Positions 26,458 through 36,011 of a DNA stretch of 64,000 nt are shown here, one piece after another (position 1 is the stretch's first letter; every line of letters starts with the position of its first letter). The stretch spans positions 1-64,000 of IMG/VR virus record IMGVR_UViG_3300025141_014429. One strand, written 5' to 3'. The notes beneath the pieces are model-generated. The model made no database searches. It was not told the origin of the DNA and worked only from the letters and a program-made list of their open reading frames with translations. Source of the stretch: a virus. The position numbers and the translations under genes were made by a program.

Positions 26458-26724
26458 ATGTCTTCAAAAAAGAAATGTTGCAAAATAAAGACTTATGATC
26501 TAGTCTCATCGCAGGTATTTTCTGCAGGCTATTCGGCGCCGGGTCCTAATCAGACTTTTATAGAAGCTAGTAGGCAAAGAATGTTTACTGGTTACGCAAT
26601 AGTCCTAGAACCTGTGGATGAAGATGTAACAGACCCCACTTGCAAAATTATGTTGTCAAATGGTAGTACACTTAGAGTTCGTTCAGGATATTTATTAATA
26701 TTGTCTAACTATGAAGAATCATAA
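26458..26724 (+). CDS. small SH3-like hypothetical protein
   Basis: YAIVLEPV...CKIMLSNGSTLRV. Confidence 0.5.
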   Translation: MSSKKKCCKIKTYDLVSSQVFSAGYSAPGPNQTFIEASRQRMFTGYAIVLEPVDEDVTDPTCKIMLSNGSTLRVRSGYLLILSNYEES

Positions 26725-26725
26725 A

Positions 26726-27196
26726 ATGAAATTATCTAGAAAAATCATAAGAAAAATAATAATTGAGTCACTTTCAGAAGATCGTCATGATCCCAACAAG
26801 CTAAATCTTCACGATGCAAAAATTGGTGATATACCAATTAAAATTCAAATATGCGATGAAATTGAAGATAGAAAGAAAGGACTCATGTTTCGTCACAGCA
26901 TGCCAAAAAATGAAGGAATGTTGTTTATTCATGATGCACCGATAGAAGCTAGTTATTATATGAAAAATACCTACATTCCTTTAACAATTGCTTTTGCGGA
27001 TGAAGAAGGTGTTATATTTCAAATGGAAGACATGTCACCTGAAGATTTAACAAGTAAAGTATCAATTCAACCTGCTTTATATGCTTTAGAAATGAATCAG
27101 GGATGGTTTGATCGGAACGGAATAGTTATAGGTGACAATATAGATTTTAAGGAGAGATTGTGCAAAGACTTAATAAATATGAACTCAGATATCTGA
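26726..27196 (+). CDS. DUF192-family protein with conserved N-terminal leader
   Basis: RKKGLMFRHSMPKNEGMLF...YMKNTYIPLTIAF...YALEMNQGWF matches DUF192; MKLSRKIIRKIIIES. Confidence 0.85.
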   Translation: MKLSRKIIRKIIIESLSEDRHDPNKLNLHDAKIGDIPIKIQICDEIEDRKKGLMFRHSMPKNEGMLFIHDAPIEASYYMKNTYIPLTIAFADEEGVIFQMEDMSPEDLTSKVSIQPALYALEMNQGWFDRNGIVIGDNIDFKERLCKDLINMNSDI

Positions 27197-28077
27197 TTAA
27201 TGAAGAATCTAAATCAACTCAATATAGTCAACAAAAGCTAGATGAAGGTGCATTAGACTACGTAGAAAATCTTGCTGTTACTGCACTAGGACATGCAGGA
27301 TTTGGTGATGCTGCTGCTGCTATTAAAGCTGTAGGACCTGATGCTTATAGAGTTGGAAAAAGTGCTATGGAACTTAATACTGAATTAGAGAAAGCAACAA
27401 ATGGAATGTTAAATTTAGTAGACTTTTTTCGTGAAGATATTGACGATAACCCAGAAATGCAAGAAGCTTTAATGATTATATCAAGTCCGGAGTTAAGTCA
27501 GCCAGATAGAGATTTAATCAAGCAAAAGTTGGTCCGGTTAGGTGAAAATACGAAAAAGTTATTAGTATCTATAGTTTCAATATTTCCTGATGTTGTAATA
27601 TCAGGAAGCATTGCCTTAGCCATAACAAATATGCCTATTGAAAAGTTTTTAATAGAAGCAGCTGGAGTTTTCGCTGATATGATGGATAAAGCTGAAGAAT
27701 CTATGTTTGGCGGTGTAATGAAAGGATTTTTAGAGTTCATGGCTAAACTAGCTAATGGGCCGGCAGGATTACTATTTAACAGTCCGCTAATTACATTTAA
27801 GAATATGGGTGCTTTAGCTAATGCAACACTAAACCCGGGTGTTACCCCTTTTAAACAGTTTAGTTCTTCTCTTTCTGATGCAGGCGTTACAGATATGGCA
27901 AAAGGTATTGCTAAAGACAAAGCTTTAGGTTATTTAGACAACTTTAGTGCTATTGATGATTTTGACTTAGATGCGCCTGATTTGCAAATGGTAGCTGAAT
28001 CTAGAAAAAGAACAGCAGTAAATCAAGGACCTTCATTCAATGAAGCGAGAATGCTAAAACTAGCAGGAATCAAATGA
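27160..28077 (+). CDS. hypothetical protein with N-terminal leader and C-terminal RMLKLAGI motif
   Basis: RLNKYELRYLINEE...FNEARMLKLAGIK. Confidence 0.7.
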   Translation: MQRLNKYELRYLINEESKSTQYSQQKLDEGALDYVENLAVTALGHAGFGDAAAAIKAVGPDAYRVGKSAMELNTELEKATNGMLNLVDFFREDIDDNPEMQEALMIISSPELSQPDRDLIKQKLVRLGENTKKLLVSIVSIFPDVVISGSIALAITNMPIEKFLIEAAGVFADMMDKAEESMFGGVMKGFLEFMAKLANGPAGLLFNSPLITFKNMGALANATLNPGVTPFKQFSSSLSDAGVTDMAKGIAKDKALGYLDNFSAIDDFDLDAPDLQMVAESRKRTAVNQGPSFNEARMLKLAGIK

Positions 28078-28532
28078 GACTAACAAGAAGACAATTAAGA
28101 CAGTTAATCTTAGAGCAAGCAGATGTAGTTATTGTTGATCCAAAAACAGAAGATGAAGCTGAAGCGAATAATAGAGATCAAGATAAATTAAAAAAACAAA
28201 TAGCAGATGATAATCCAGATGCATCTCCTGAGGATGTTGACAGTGCATATGAAAAGATAAAATCCGAACAAAATGAATCAATTACTCTTATGAAAAAACC
28301 CATGCATAATCATGACAGTGTATCAATAGTTGACTTTATGGGTAGGCCAGATCACGAAGGTAAGATGGCTTATAAACAACTTAAGAGAACTAGTTCGATG
28401 TCTCAATCACTCTGTCACAGACTGGAAGATAAAGAAAACATACAACTTCCTGCCTGGGTACAGTCAAAAATAACAAAAGCAGCTGACTATATACAAACTG
28501 TATACAACTACTTGGATGAAGATCTAGACTAA
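28074..28532 (+). CDS. hypothetical virion-type protein with conserved N-terminal leader
   Basis: MRLTRRQLRQLILEQ; DHEGKMA..QL...LPAWVQSKITKAADYI helical domain. Confidence 0.75.
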   Translation: MRLTRRQLRQLILEQADVVIVDPKTEDEAEANNRDQDKLKKQIADDNPDASPEDVDSAYEKIKSEQNESITLMKKPMHNHDSVSIVDFMGRPDHEGKMAYKQLKRTSSMSQSLCHRLEDKENIQLPAWVQSKITKAADYIQTVYNYLDEDLD

Positions 28533-28601
28533 TAAACTGTACTTTTCTTTCTAAACGTATATGTAGTTTATATAGGTTTAGATTAGTTTAGTGAGTTATT
28601 T

Positions 28602-28937
28602 GTGCCAGAATTTCAGTCGCTTGTATTATTTTTAATTACTGTCATTGTTTCATCAGTATACATTTTAGGTAGATTTGTTGATCATCATGATCCTAATTCA
28701 AAACAAAATTATTACGATTATAATTCGAACAATAAGGCAAACAACAGAGAAAATCATACTGCGATGATTAAAAAACAATCTATAAAAATGATAGAGCAAG
28801 AACTTCGTGATCGAAAGTTAGTTAATCAAACTGTTCATAAGATTATGTCTTTACAGAATAAAAACAATCTTGAAGAGATGGAAGTCTACGATATAAAGAC
28901 AGGAAAGAAAATCAAATACTATAAAGAAAATAGTTGA
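28602..28937 (+). CDS. membrane-anchored hypothetical protein
   Basis: N-terminal hydrophobic helix. Confidence 0.55.
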   Translation: MPEFQSLVLFLITVIVSSVYILGRFVDHHDPNSKQNYYDYNSNNKANNRENHTAMIKKQSIKMIEQELRDRKLVNQTVHKIMSLQNKNNLEEMEVYDIKTGKKIKYYKENS

Positions 28938-29003
28938 TATTTTCATATCTTTAGAATAAACGTGGTGCAGTAGATATTTATAAGTATAATTTTGGGGGTT
29001 GCC

Positions 29004-29357
29004 GTGAAAAATATTAACAGAAAACTACTAAGGGAATTAATAGTTGAGGAAATTCTTAATGAGTGCGGTTGTAAAGCTGCAGCTCCAGATCCAAGAGAAT
29101 TAATTCCTCAATTTGAAATTGTAGGACTTGAGAATCATCCGCATTTTGATATGATATCAGATTATGAATTAGATCGAGAAGGTCATGCGCTAGATGCAAA
29201 ATGCCCGGGATCTTATGCAAAAACTGCAGATCAACTTGTAATTAATCCAGAATTTGTTGCTAGTATAATAAAGATTTTAATGGATAAGTCCGGATCAACA
29301 TGTCCACAAAGTTCTGCAAAAGCTTTAAATGACATTGCTACGCTGTATAATTTTTAA
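29004..29357 (+). CDS. hypothetical protein with conserved N-terminal leader (GTG start revised)
   Basis: MKNINRKLLRELIVEE. Confidence 0.65.
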   Translation: MKNINRKLLRELIVEEILNECGCKAAAPDPRELIPQFEIVGLENHPHFDMISDYELDREGHALDAKCPGSYAKTADQLVINPEFVASIIKILMDKSGSTCPQSSAKALNDIATLYNF

Positions 29358-29373
29358 GGAGAATTAGAATAAA

Positions 29374-30150
29374 ATGAAAAAATCTAAAAGAACACTTTTA
29401 AAAAGTAATAAAATTGCTCAATTAGTCTTGATGGAAGCCAAACTATTAACAGAAGAAAAAAGAATTCTTGATGGCTTGATACTTGAAGGTCGAAAAATGG
29501 AAATGGCTGGATATGATCAGATTGCAATCAATGAAGGCATTATGGATATGCTCAAAAAATTCGGTGGTGATGCTCTAAGCGGAGGTATTGAAAAGATGAA
29601 AGAATATTTTGTTGAAGGCATGCTTAAATTTTTCGGCTTGGACCCTAAAGCTAATACTGCAATGGGTTTAGTAGGATGCGCAATAAAAAATAGTTTAGGT
29701 AATCTTTCAATTGAGAAATTTCAAGAACTAATCACCGGAACAAGAGAAGGATTTTCTGGATTCAATGCAGAAAGTATGAAAACTGTCTGGGGAAATGTTT
29801 GCAATGATGTTGCTGATTTAATAATTCAAGGTATTACAGAGTGTGGTGTAGAAAAAGCACAGAATTCTAAATTTGTTGAAAACTTTTATGGTGCAATTGT
29901 TGGTCAGACAACTGCAGCTGCTGCTAAAGATAATCCTCTTTGGCAAATAAGTGATGAAATGTTCCAGAACTTTATTAACAATACAGAAGTAATGGGATCT
30001 ATAAGAGGTGCAATTACTGAATTTGTTTGTAATTTAAATATTGTAGAAATGCTAGACTATGCTACAAAACAATTAGGTAATATGGCTGGCGGGTTTTTGG
30101 ATATGTTTGGACTAGGAAATATGTTTGGTGGTACACCTGCTAAAGCTTAA
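29374..30150 (+). CDS. hypothetical helical protein with leader-like N-terminus
   Basis: AAGGAG SD; KIAQLVLMEA. Confidence 0.7.
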   Translation: MKKSKRTLLKSNKIAQLVLMEAKLLTEEKRILDGLILEGRKMEMAGYDQIAINEGIMDMLKKFGGDALSGGIEKMKEYFVEGMLKFFGLDPKANTAMGLVGCAIKNSLGNLSIEKFQELITGTREGFSGFNAESMKTVWGNVCNDVADLIIQGITECGVEKAQNSKFVENFYGAIVGQTTAAAAKDNPLWQISDEMFQNFINNTEVMGSIRGAITEFVCNLNIVEMLDYATKQLGNMAGGFLDMFGLGNMFGGTPAKA

Positions 30151-30163
30151 TTAGGAATCGTTA

Positions 30164-33067
30164 ATGAATAAAAAAAATAAAAGAAAAATCAGATTAACAG
30201 AATCGCAGCTTCAAAAACTAATCTTAAAAGAATTTAGACCTAAAAAGACTATGCCCGGTGGGGATGTCATTACTTCAAGTGGTAAAAAGTATCGAGTACC
30301 TGGAAGTCCTAAAAAGACTAGAAATAGACAAGCAGTTGAGGATATTGGTGATGGTGCAGGTGATAGAGAAATAGCTTTTTTTGATTCAACACAAAAACTC
30401 ATATTAAATTTTGAATCTACACCTAGCTTGCTGGAAGCAACTTATGCAAGTGTACAATCCTTTGTATCTAATAATTGGGATGATTTAACTAACGGCTTGA
30501 TTGAAGGTCTTTACTTTGGAGATCCTAATAATCCCGGTAATATAGTATCTGATCCTATAGATACAATCTGGAATTGGACAGCATCATTTCTTATACAACG
30601 AGGTCAGTCAATATCTGATGTTGCTTCAAATTTTGAACTTGCACAAGTGAGTGAGAGATTAAGCAAGCTTCGAGCTTTTGAAGGTGTAGACGTCGTTGGT
30701 TCTTTCGCGGGTCAGCTTTTAATATCAATAGAAAGTTTAGAACAACTTTGTGATTTTGGAATTACACTCCTCTCAGAGCCTATATCTACGGAAAACATTG
30801 ATGATCTTTTTCAAATAGTTTCTCTACTTGCAGGCAACAAAAGATCAATAAAGGATGCACTTGGAAGATCAGGAGAATTAAACTCTGTGTGGTCTGATTT
30901 TAAACAAAAATACATGAAAGGTGCTATAGAAATATTTAACGCAACAACAAACGCGAAAATACAGACAGGTGAGGCAGACTTTGCAAATCCTGGCCCAGTT
31001 ATGGCCACAGATAAGCAAATTGTTGTTAACGCATTGGAATATTTCAAACACGCACTCTGGGAACAAGGTGGATTGAATCAGTGGGTAATGTTTGAAGGTG
31101 ATGTACAAATAGCAACAAAGACTGTAAGTAGAAATGAGGCCGGCCCTCTTGATAAACTGCTTACATTCATTGGATATGGAGATGCTAATCAAGAGATTGA
31201 AGTTCCTGATCCTGAAAATAGTACGTTTAATTTTACTAGGACATCACCTGGTAATCAGACTATTATTGAACGATTGGACTTTCTTGATGACTACTACGGA
31301 AGACAACGACAGGAAGCTCAAAATACTTTAAATAGTTTAGGTAATACAATACAGAATAGTTTAGGTGATCAAGCTAAACAACAACTAGAAGCATTTAAAT
31401 CTTTACAAGCCATAATGGCTTCAACTATGAAAATATCTAGAGCTATTAGAAGAAATTTACAGGTTGCGCAAGCTTTAAGACTTCCAGGTCAAGGTAGTGA
31501 CACTAGTGTACAATTAGCCCTCCAGTTCGATGAATCAATTAGAGATAGAAGAAAAAATAAGAAGCTTCTACTAGAGCAGGCCAGTGCTGTAAACTATGCT
31601 GGTAATTTTGGTGACTACGTAGATCAGTTAGCAAATTCACAAGGAGGACCGTTTACAGGAAGTGAGCTTCAAAATTATACTCTAACTGATGAAGACGAAG
31701 CAGCTCTCTGGTTAGGTCCTGATCAAAATGCTGACCCTTTTAAAATGGATAATTTAATGGGTAATGACACTTGGCCAGGCCCTGATTATGCAGGTCTAGC
31801 CAGTGCAGTAGTAGCATTTATGTTTACTGAAGAAGGTATGGCGCGAACAGGTGCTTACATTAATGATGATGAAAGTGAAGTTGGCTTACCTAATGAAGAC
31901 ACAGTAGCATTTTACATACTAGATATGAAGTCAGAAGACGAAGACAATCCAAAGTGGATAAATATTTTATATCAACCTGACTTTGCTGTTGCTTTTGAGG
32001 AGGCATTAGAAAGACAATTTGGGCAGTACCAACGTGTTATAAAATTACCCCCCAATCCAGAAGAAGATCCAGAAAAACCTGAAGAAGAAGATAAAAAAGG
32101 TAAAAATTGTCCTAAGGATAAGTTAAGCGTTGAGATTGAAGCACTCCCTGATAACAAAGCTAGAACTTTAAAATTCCAGAAAATTATAAACAAATATATA
32201 ACTCATCACGATTTAATGGGCGGTTCAATTGGTGAAGATGGAAAATGGGGACCTAGGACTGATGAAGGTTTTGAAAGGGTGCTTATTCATGGTTTGTCAG
32301 ATACACTAAATCATCCTGTTTACGGTGACTTAAATTTAAATAATAATGCTATATCATCTATGGCTTCTAAATGGAAACAAAACGCTAGAAGGCTAAATAG
32401 GACAGGTTACATCAACAGTAATGATAATGGAGATATAACAGGAGCACTTGCTTTAGTTTATGACCTCTATAATTGTAATGATGAGTACGGAAAGAAAACA
32501 ATTAAAAGAAGTGGAGTGCCAAAAAAATCTACACCTGAAAAATCTGGTAAACCTAGGAAAGTAGGGGCAAAGAATGATGATGATGGTGTAGAATCTAAAG
32601 GTAAGTGCGCTGATGGTTCTGCTATGAAGAAGGCAACTTGGCGCGATATACAAATTCAATTTAATCAAAAATCAAAAAAGTTTGCTCTAGATCCGAAATC
32701 TGTTGATCAGTTAAAGGTTGATTTGGCAAAACAAACAGCTGCATTTATTGTTAACCCACCGCATAATATGAATCCAGTCGATCGTGAGCATGTAGGGACA
32801 TTTACAGTTGGTATGGGCGGAAGAATTAAAAATAGAAAATCTCATGACTGGAATGTTCCAGATGCTTATGAGAAGATCATTGATAAGGCTATGAAGAATC
32901 TAATTCAAAAAGCAAAAAAAGACTCTAAAGGTTTAGACGTTGTTAGAAATTCTAACATTATTATTACAATTCCTTGTGGAAACTATACTACACTTGCTGA
33001 GTCAATTAGGCAGAAAAGAGAAAAAGATTTTGAGAATCTTTTGCGTGAATTGATTAAAAAGGTATAG
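30164..33067 (+). CDS. large virion-type protein with leader and a peptidoglycan-binding-like segment
   Basis: RLTESQLQKLILKE; LKFQKIIN...EDGKWGPRTDEG resembles the PG_binding_1 DG.WG..T motif. Confidence 0.65.
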   Translation: MNKKNKRKIRLTESQLQKLILKEFRPKKTMPGGDVITSSGKKYRVPGSPKKTRNRQAVEDIGDGAGDREIAFFDSTQKLILNFESTPSLLEATYASVQSFVSNNWDDLTNGLIEGLYFGDPNNPGNIVSDPIDTIWNWTASFLIQRGQSISDVASNFELAQVSERLSKLRAFEGVDVVGSFAGQLLISIESLEQLCDFGITLLSEPISTENIDDLFQIVSLLAGNKRSIKDALGRSGELNSVWSDFKQKYMKGAIEIFNATTNAKIQTGEADFANPGPVMATDKQIVVNALEYFKHALWEQGGLNQWVMFEGDVQIATKTVSRNEAGPLDKLLTFIGYGDANQEIEVPDPENSTFNFTRTSPGNQTIIERLDFLDDYYGRQRQEAQNTLNSLGNTIQNSLGDQAKQQLEAFKSLQAIMASTMKISRAIRRNLQVAQALRLPGQGSDTSVQLALQFDESIRDRRKNKKLLLEQASAVNYAGNFGDYVDQLANSQGGPFTGSELQNYTLTDEDEAALWLGPDQNADPFKMDNLMGNDTWPGPDYAGLASAVVAFMFTEEGMARTGAYINDDESEVGLPNEDTVAFYILDMKSEDEDNPKWINILYQPDFAVAFEEALERQFGQYQRVIKLPPNPEEDPEKPEEEDKKGKNCPKDKLSVEIEALPDNKARTLKFQKIINKYITHHDLMGGSIGEDGKWGPRTDEGFERVLIHGLSDTLNHPVYGDLNLNNNAISSMASKWKQNARRLNRTGYINSNDNGDITGALALVYDLYNCNDEYGKKTIKRSGVPKKSTPEKSGKPRKVGAKNDDDGVESKGKCADGSAMKKATWRDIQIQFNQKSKKFALDPKSVDQLKVDLAKQTAAFIVNPPHNMNPVDREHVGTFTVGMGGRIKNRKSHDWNVPDAYEKIIDKAMKNLIQKAKKDSKGLDVVRNSNIIITIPCGNYTTLAESIRQKREKDFENLLRELIKKV

Positions 33068-33070
33068 AGT

Positions 33071-33811
33071 ATGATTATTAACGAATTAATGCTTAGAAAA
33101 ATCATAAAAGATCAGCTAGTCAAAGAGCAGGTTTCTGCTAGAGGTTCTATAGTTCCAGGAGCAGAAACCGGTTCATCTGATTCTTCTGATGAAAGCGAAG
33201 ACGTAAATATTGATGCTGTCACTAAAAAAGGAGGTAAGTTTTATTTAGGTAATATCTCCACCGGTCTATCAGGAGATAAGTTTAAAAAATTAATGGCTGA
33301 TATGCAAAACTTTATTAATAAAGAGTACCCAGAAGTTGGCATACAGATAGAGTCCCTAGGTATTATGAGAGACTTAGAGTCTGCAGCTGATACTTCAAAT
33401 CCTAATAGGATCCCAGGATCTAAACACGGAGCAGGATTAGCTTTGGATGTTAAATATCATACAAAAAAACACGGAAGATATACAAATTATGAAAAAAATA
33501 ATGCAAAATTAGCTAAGGATCCTAAGTTTTTAAAAACACTGCAAAAGTTTAATGAAACTCAAAGTGATATCGGGTGGGGTGGTACTTGGGGTAAATCAAA
33601 TCCGGCAGAGGGTATGGCTCAAGGTAAAGGAATTACTGAATTACACCACTGGGAAATTAGAGACGCCAGCGTGCCGGAATATTTTGAAAAATTTCCAAAA
33701 GTTAAAAAAGCTATAGAAGATTTAGGAATGACTTCTAAGGATATGATCAAAAAAGATAACAGGTCTAAGCTTTATAAAGCACTGGTAAGTAGTGCAAAAA
33801 AGTCTTCTTAA
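33071..33811 (+). CDS. M15-family (VanY/endolysin-like) zinc peptidoglycan peptidase with N-terminal leader
   Basis: MR..., SKHGAGLALDV (SxHxxGxAxD), GWGGTW, ELHHWE. Confidence 0.75.
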   Translation: MIINELMLRKIIKDQLVKEQVSARGSIVPGAETGSSDSSDESEDVNIDAVTKKGGKFYLGNISTGLSGDKFKKLMADMQNFINKEYPEVGIQIESLGIMRDLESAADTSNPNRIPGSKHGAGLALDVKYHTKKHGRYTNYEKNNAKLAKDPKFLKTLQKFNETQSDIGWGGTWGKSNPAEGMAQGKGITELHHWEIRDASVPEYFEKFPKVKKAIEDLGMTSKDMIKKDNRSKLYKALVSSAKKSS

Positions 33812-33820
33812 AACACTGTT

Positions 33821-34228
33821 TTAATGATATATCATCTTTCTATGTGGTTTGCTTTTAGCAAACCTTTTTATTATCTCACCAGCTCGAGCATTTGCTTGAT
33901 CTTCGTGAAAACCACCTGCGTCTCTAATGTTTCCACCTTCTAAGAGGCCTAACTCATCTTGCATCATATGTGTCATTTCATGTGCTATTGATCTTAACAC
34001 ATCGACAAAAGCTCTATCTTTTGCATAAATAATACACTTGTTTTCACCAATATGATAAGCAGCTGTTGTTGCGATACCATATGGCTTTCTTTTACTTACA
34101 ATTTGGATGTCATAGTTACCAGTAATCGGTAGGAAATCAGCACAGAAGTTACAAAATTCGCCCACTAAATGTACTTTATTCCTATCTTCACACATTGGAA
34201 GATCTTTACTTATTTTTAATTTACTCAT
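33821..34228 (-). CDS. putative zinc metallopeptidase-like protein (HExxH)
   Basis: LRSIAHEMTHMMQ plus downstream EDQANA. Confidence 0.6.
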   Translation of the reverse strand: MSKLKISKDLPMCEDRNKVHLVGEFCNFCADFLPITGNYDIQIVSKRKPYGIATTAAYHIGENKCIIYAKDRAFVDVLRSIAHEMTHMMQDELGLLEGGNIRDAGGFHEDQANARAGEIIKRFAKSKPHRKMIYH

Positions 34229-34243
34229 GTTAGTAAATATATT

Positions 34244-35104
34244 CTAATAAAGTATTATGCCTGTTTCTTTGTCAAAGTCAAGTAAAAACTTTCTTATTTC
34301 ATCAACATGAGGTCCTGCTGATATGTTTTGGAATGGTATGATTGATATAGATACTACACTGATTAGTTGTCCTTTCTTATTAAGAACTAAACTACCCGAA
34401 CTACCGTAAGTTGCAGGTATTGTATACATACAACCGTATCTAGAGTCACAACCACCGTAATTACCGTTAAAATGTAATCTAAAAGATTTTCCGTATATAG
34501 AGAGTGGAGAACTTACTGTAAATATATTTTCACCAATATCAGGCATTTTTTTAGCTAATTTAATGTTATCAAAATCAAATTTTCTTGTTTCTAACTCATT
34601 AATTCTAAAAGACAATAAACACAAATCAGACTTAGGATCGATTTTTTCTATATAGGCACTAGTTGCAGTATTTAAAAAATGAACAATGATTAACTTTTTA
34701 TATTCAATATATTTTCCATCCTCACCGGTAGCTAATAAATCTTCTTCAGTGTCAAAACAAAAGTGTGCTGCTGTTAGTGCAAACAGTATATCATCTTCTA
34801 TACCAATGACTCCGCCAGAAGCTGAAGAGAGACTAGCAGTTTCTACTTTATCATTATCACATTCTTCACCGACAACACAAAATTCTAGATACTTGTTTAT
34901 TAGAACATGTTTTTCAAAGTATACAAAATAATCATTATTGTAAGGTGTATCTTTTGACGTCTCGAGAGAAACTAAATTAGTTCCATTTTGAATATCTCCT
35001 TTCATAACTCTTATGCAAGAAAATACAAAAACAACAAAAATTAATGCTAACATCACTTCCCCCAATATCAAATATGTGTATCTTTTAAACATATTTGCCT
35101 CCAT
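34244..35104 (-). CDS. membrane-anchored trypsin-like serine protease (S1)
   Basis: N-terminal TM helix; LTAAHFC (His), SDLCLL (Asp), GSSGS (Ser). Confidence 0.8.
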   Translation of the reverse strand: MEANMFKRYTYLILGEVMLALIFVVFVFSCIRVMKGDIQNGTNLVSLETSKDTPYNNDYFVYFEKHVLINKYLEFCVVGEECDNDKVETASLSSASGGVIGIEDDILFALTAAHFCFDTEEDLLATGEDGKYIEYKKLIIVHFLNTATSAYIEKIDPKSDLCLLSFRINELETRKFDFDNIKLAKKMPDIGENIFTVSSPLSIYGKSFRLHFNGNYGGCDSRYGCMYTIPATYGSSGSLVLNKKGQLISVVSISIIPFQNISAGPHVDEIRKFLLDFDKETGIILY

Positions 35105-35199
35105 AATATTACTTAACTTTCTGTGGAGAAAATGACACTTTTTTTTATTAATTTAACTTTAGCAAACCCTACATGATAATTAATATCAGGAGTGAAATT

Positions 35200-35892
35200 A
35201 TGTCTGAGCTTAACATGCGATCATTTTTACCTCATGATAAACTTTCTAAAAAAATTTGGGAAGATGATGAAAATATGCGCCCTGATGTACTGAGAGCATT
35301 AGAAAATATTGCAAATGAATTTTTAAATTACTTAAAGATTGATGTTGATGTTGATGATGTAACTTTTACAGGATCTTATGCAAATTACAATTATACTCCT
35401 TACAGTGATATAGATTTGCATATAGTGATTGATTTCAATAAAGTTTCTAGTGATGAAGATCTAGTAGAAGGTTTTATGAATGCTAAAAAAAGTTACTGGA
35501 ATGATAGATATGATATAAAAGTTAATGATATTGAAGTTGAAATTTATCCACAAGATTCTTCTGAAGATCATATATCTTCAGGTATTTATAGTATTGATAA
35601 AGAAAAATGGTTAATAAGACCCGAGAAATTTCAAAAAGAACCTAATTTAAAGTCAGCTAATAAAAAGTTTCAAATGTTAAAAAGAGAAATTTCTTCTGCT
35701 ATAGAATCTGAAGATCTGAAAAGTATAGAGAGGCTTTTAAAGAAAATAAGAGATATGAGAAAATCAGCTTTAAGTAAGTCAGGAGAAATGTCTGTTGAAA
35801 ATATAGCTTATAAGATGTTAAGATCTGAAGATTTGATACAGAAAATGTATGATTTAAAATTTAATTTATATGGAGATTCTATTTCATTATGA
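35200..35892 (+). CDS. polymerase-beta-superfamily nucleotidyltransferase (start revised)
   Basis: TFTGSYANYNY..YSDIDLHIV (GS...DxD) and IEVEIY third acidic residue; CAGGAG SD. Confidence 0.7.
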   Translation: MSELNMRSFLPHDKLSKKIWEDDENMRPDVLRALENIANEFLNYLKIDVDVDDVTFTGSYANYNYTPYSDIDLHIVIDFNKVSSDEDLVEGFMNAKKSYWNDRYDIKVNDIEVEIYPQDSSEDHISSGIYSIDKEKWLIRPEKFQKEPNLKSANKKFQMLKREISSAIESEDLKSIERLLKKIRDMRKSALSKSGEMSVENIAYKMLRSEDLIQKMYDLKFNLYGDSISL

Positions 35893-36011
35893 ATAATATT
35901 ATTAATAAGATAATACAGAACTATAATCTACTTTTACAAATTAAATTTAAATTAATTTATTTTTGTAAATTCAGTATTTATGATTTAAATTAATTCTAAG
36001 AGGTTTATATA

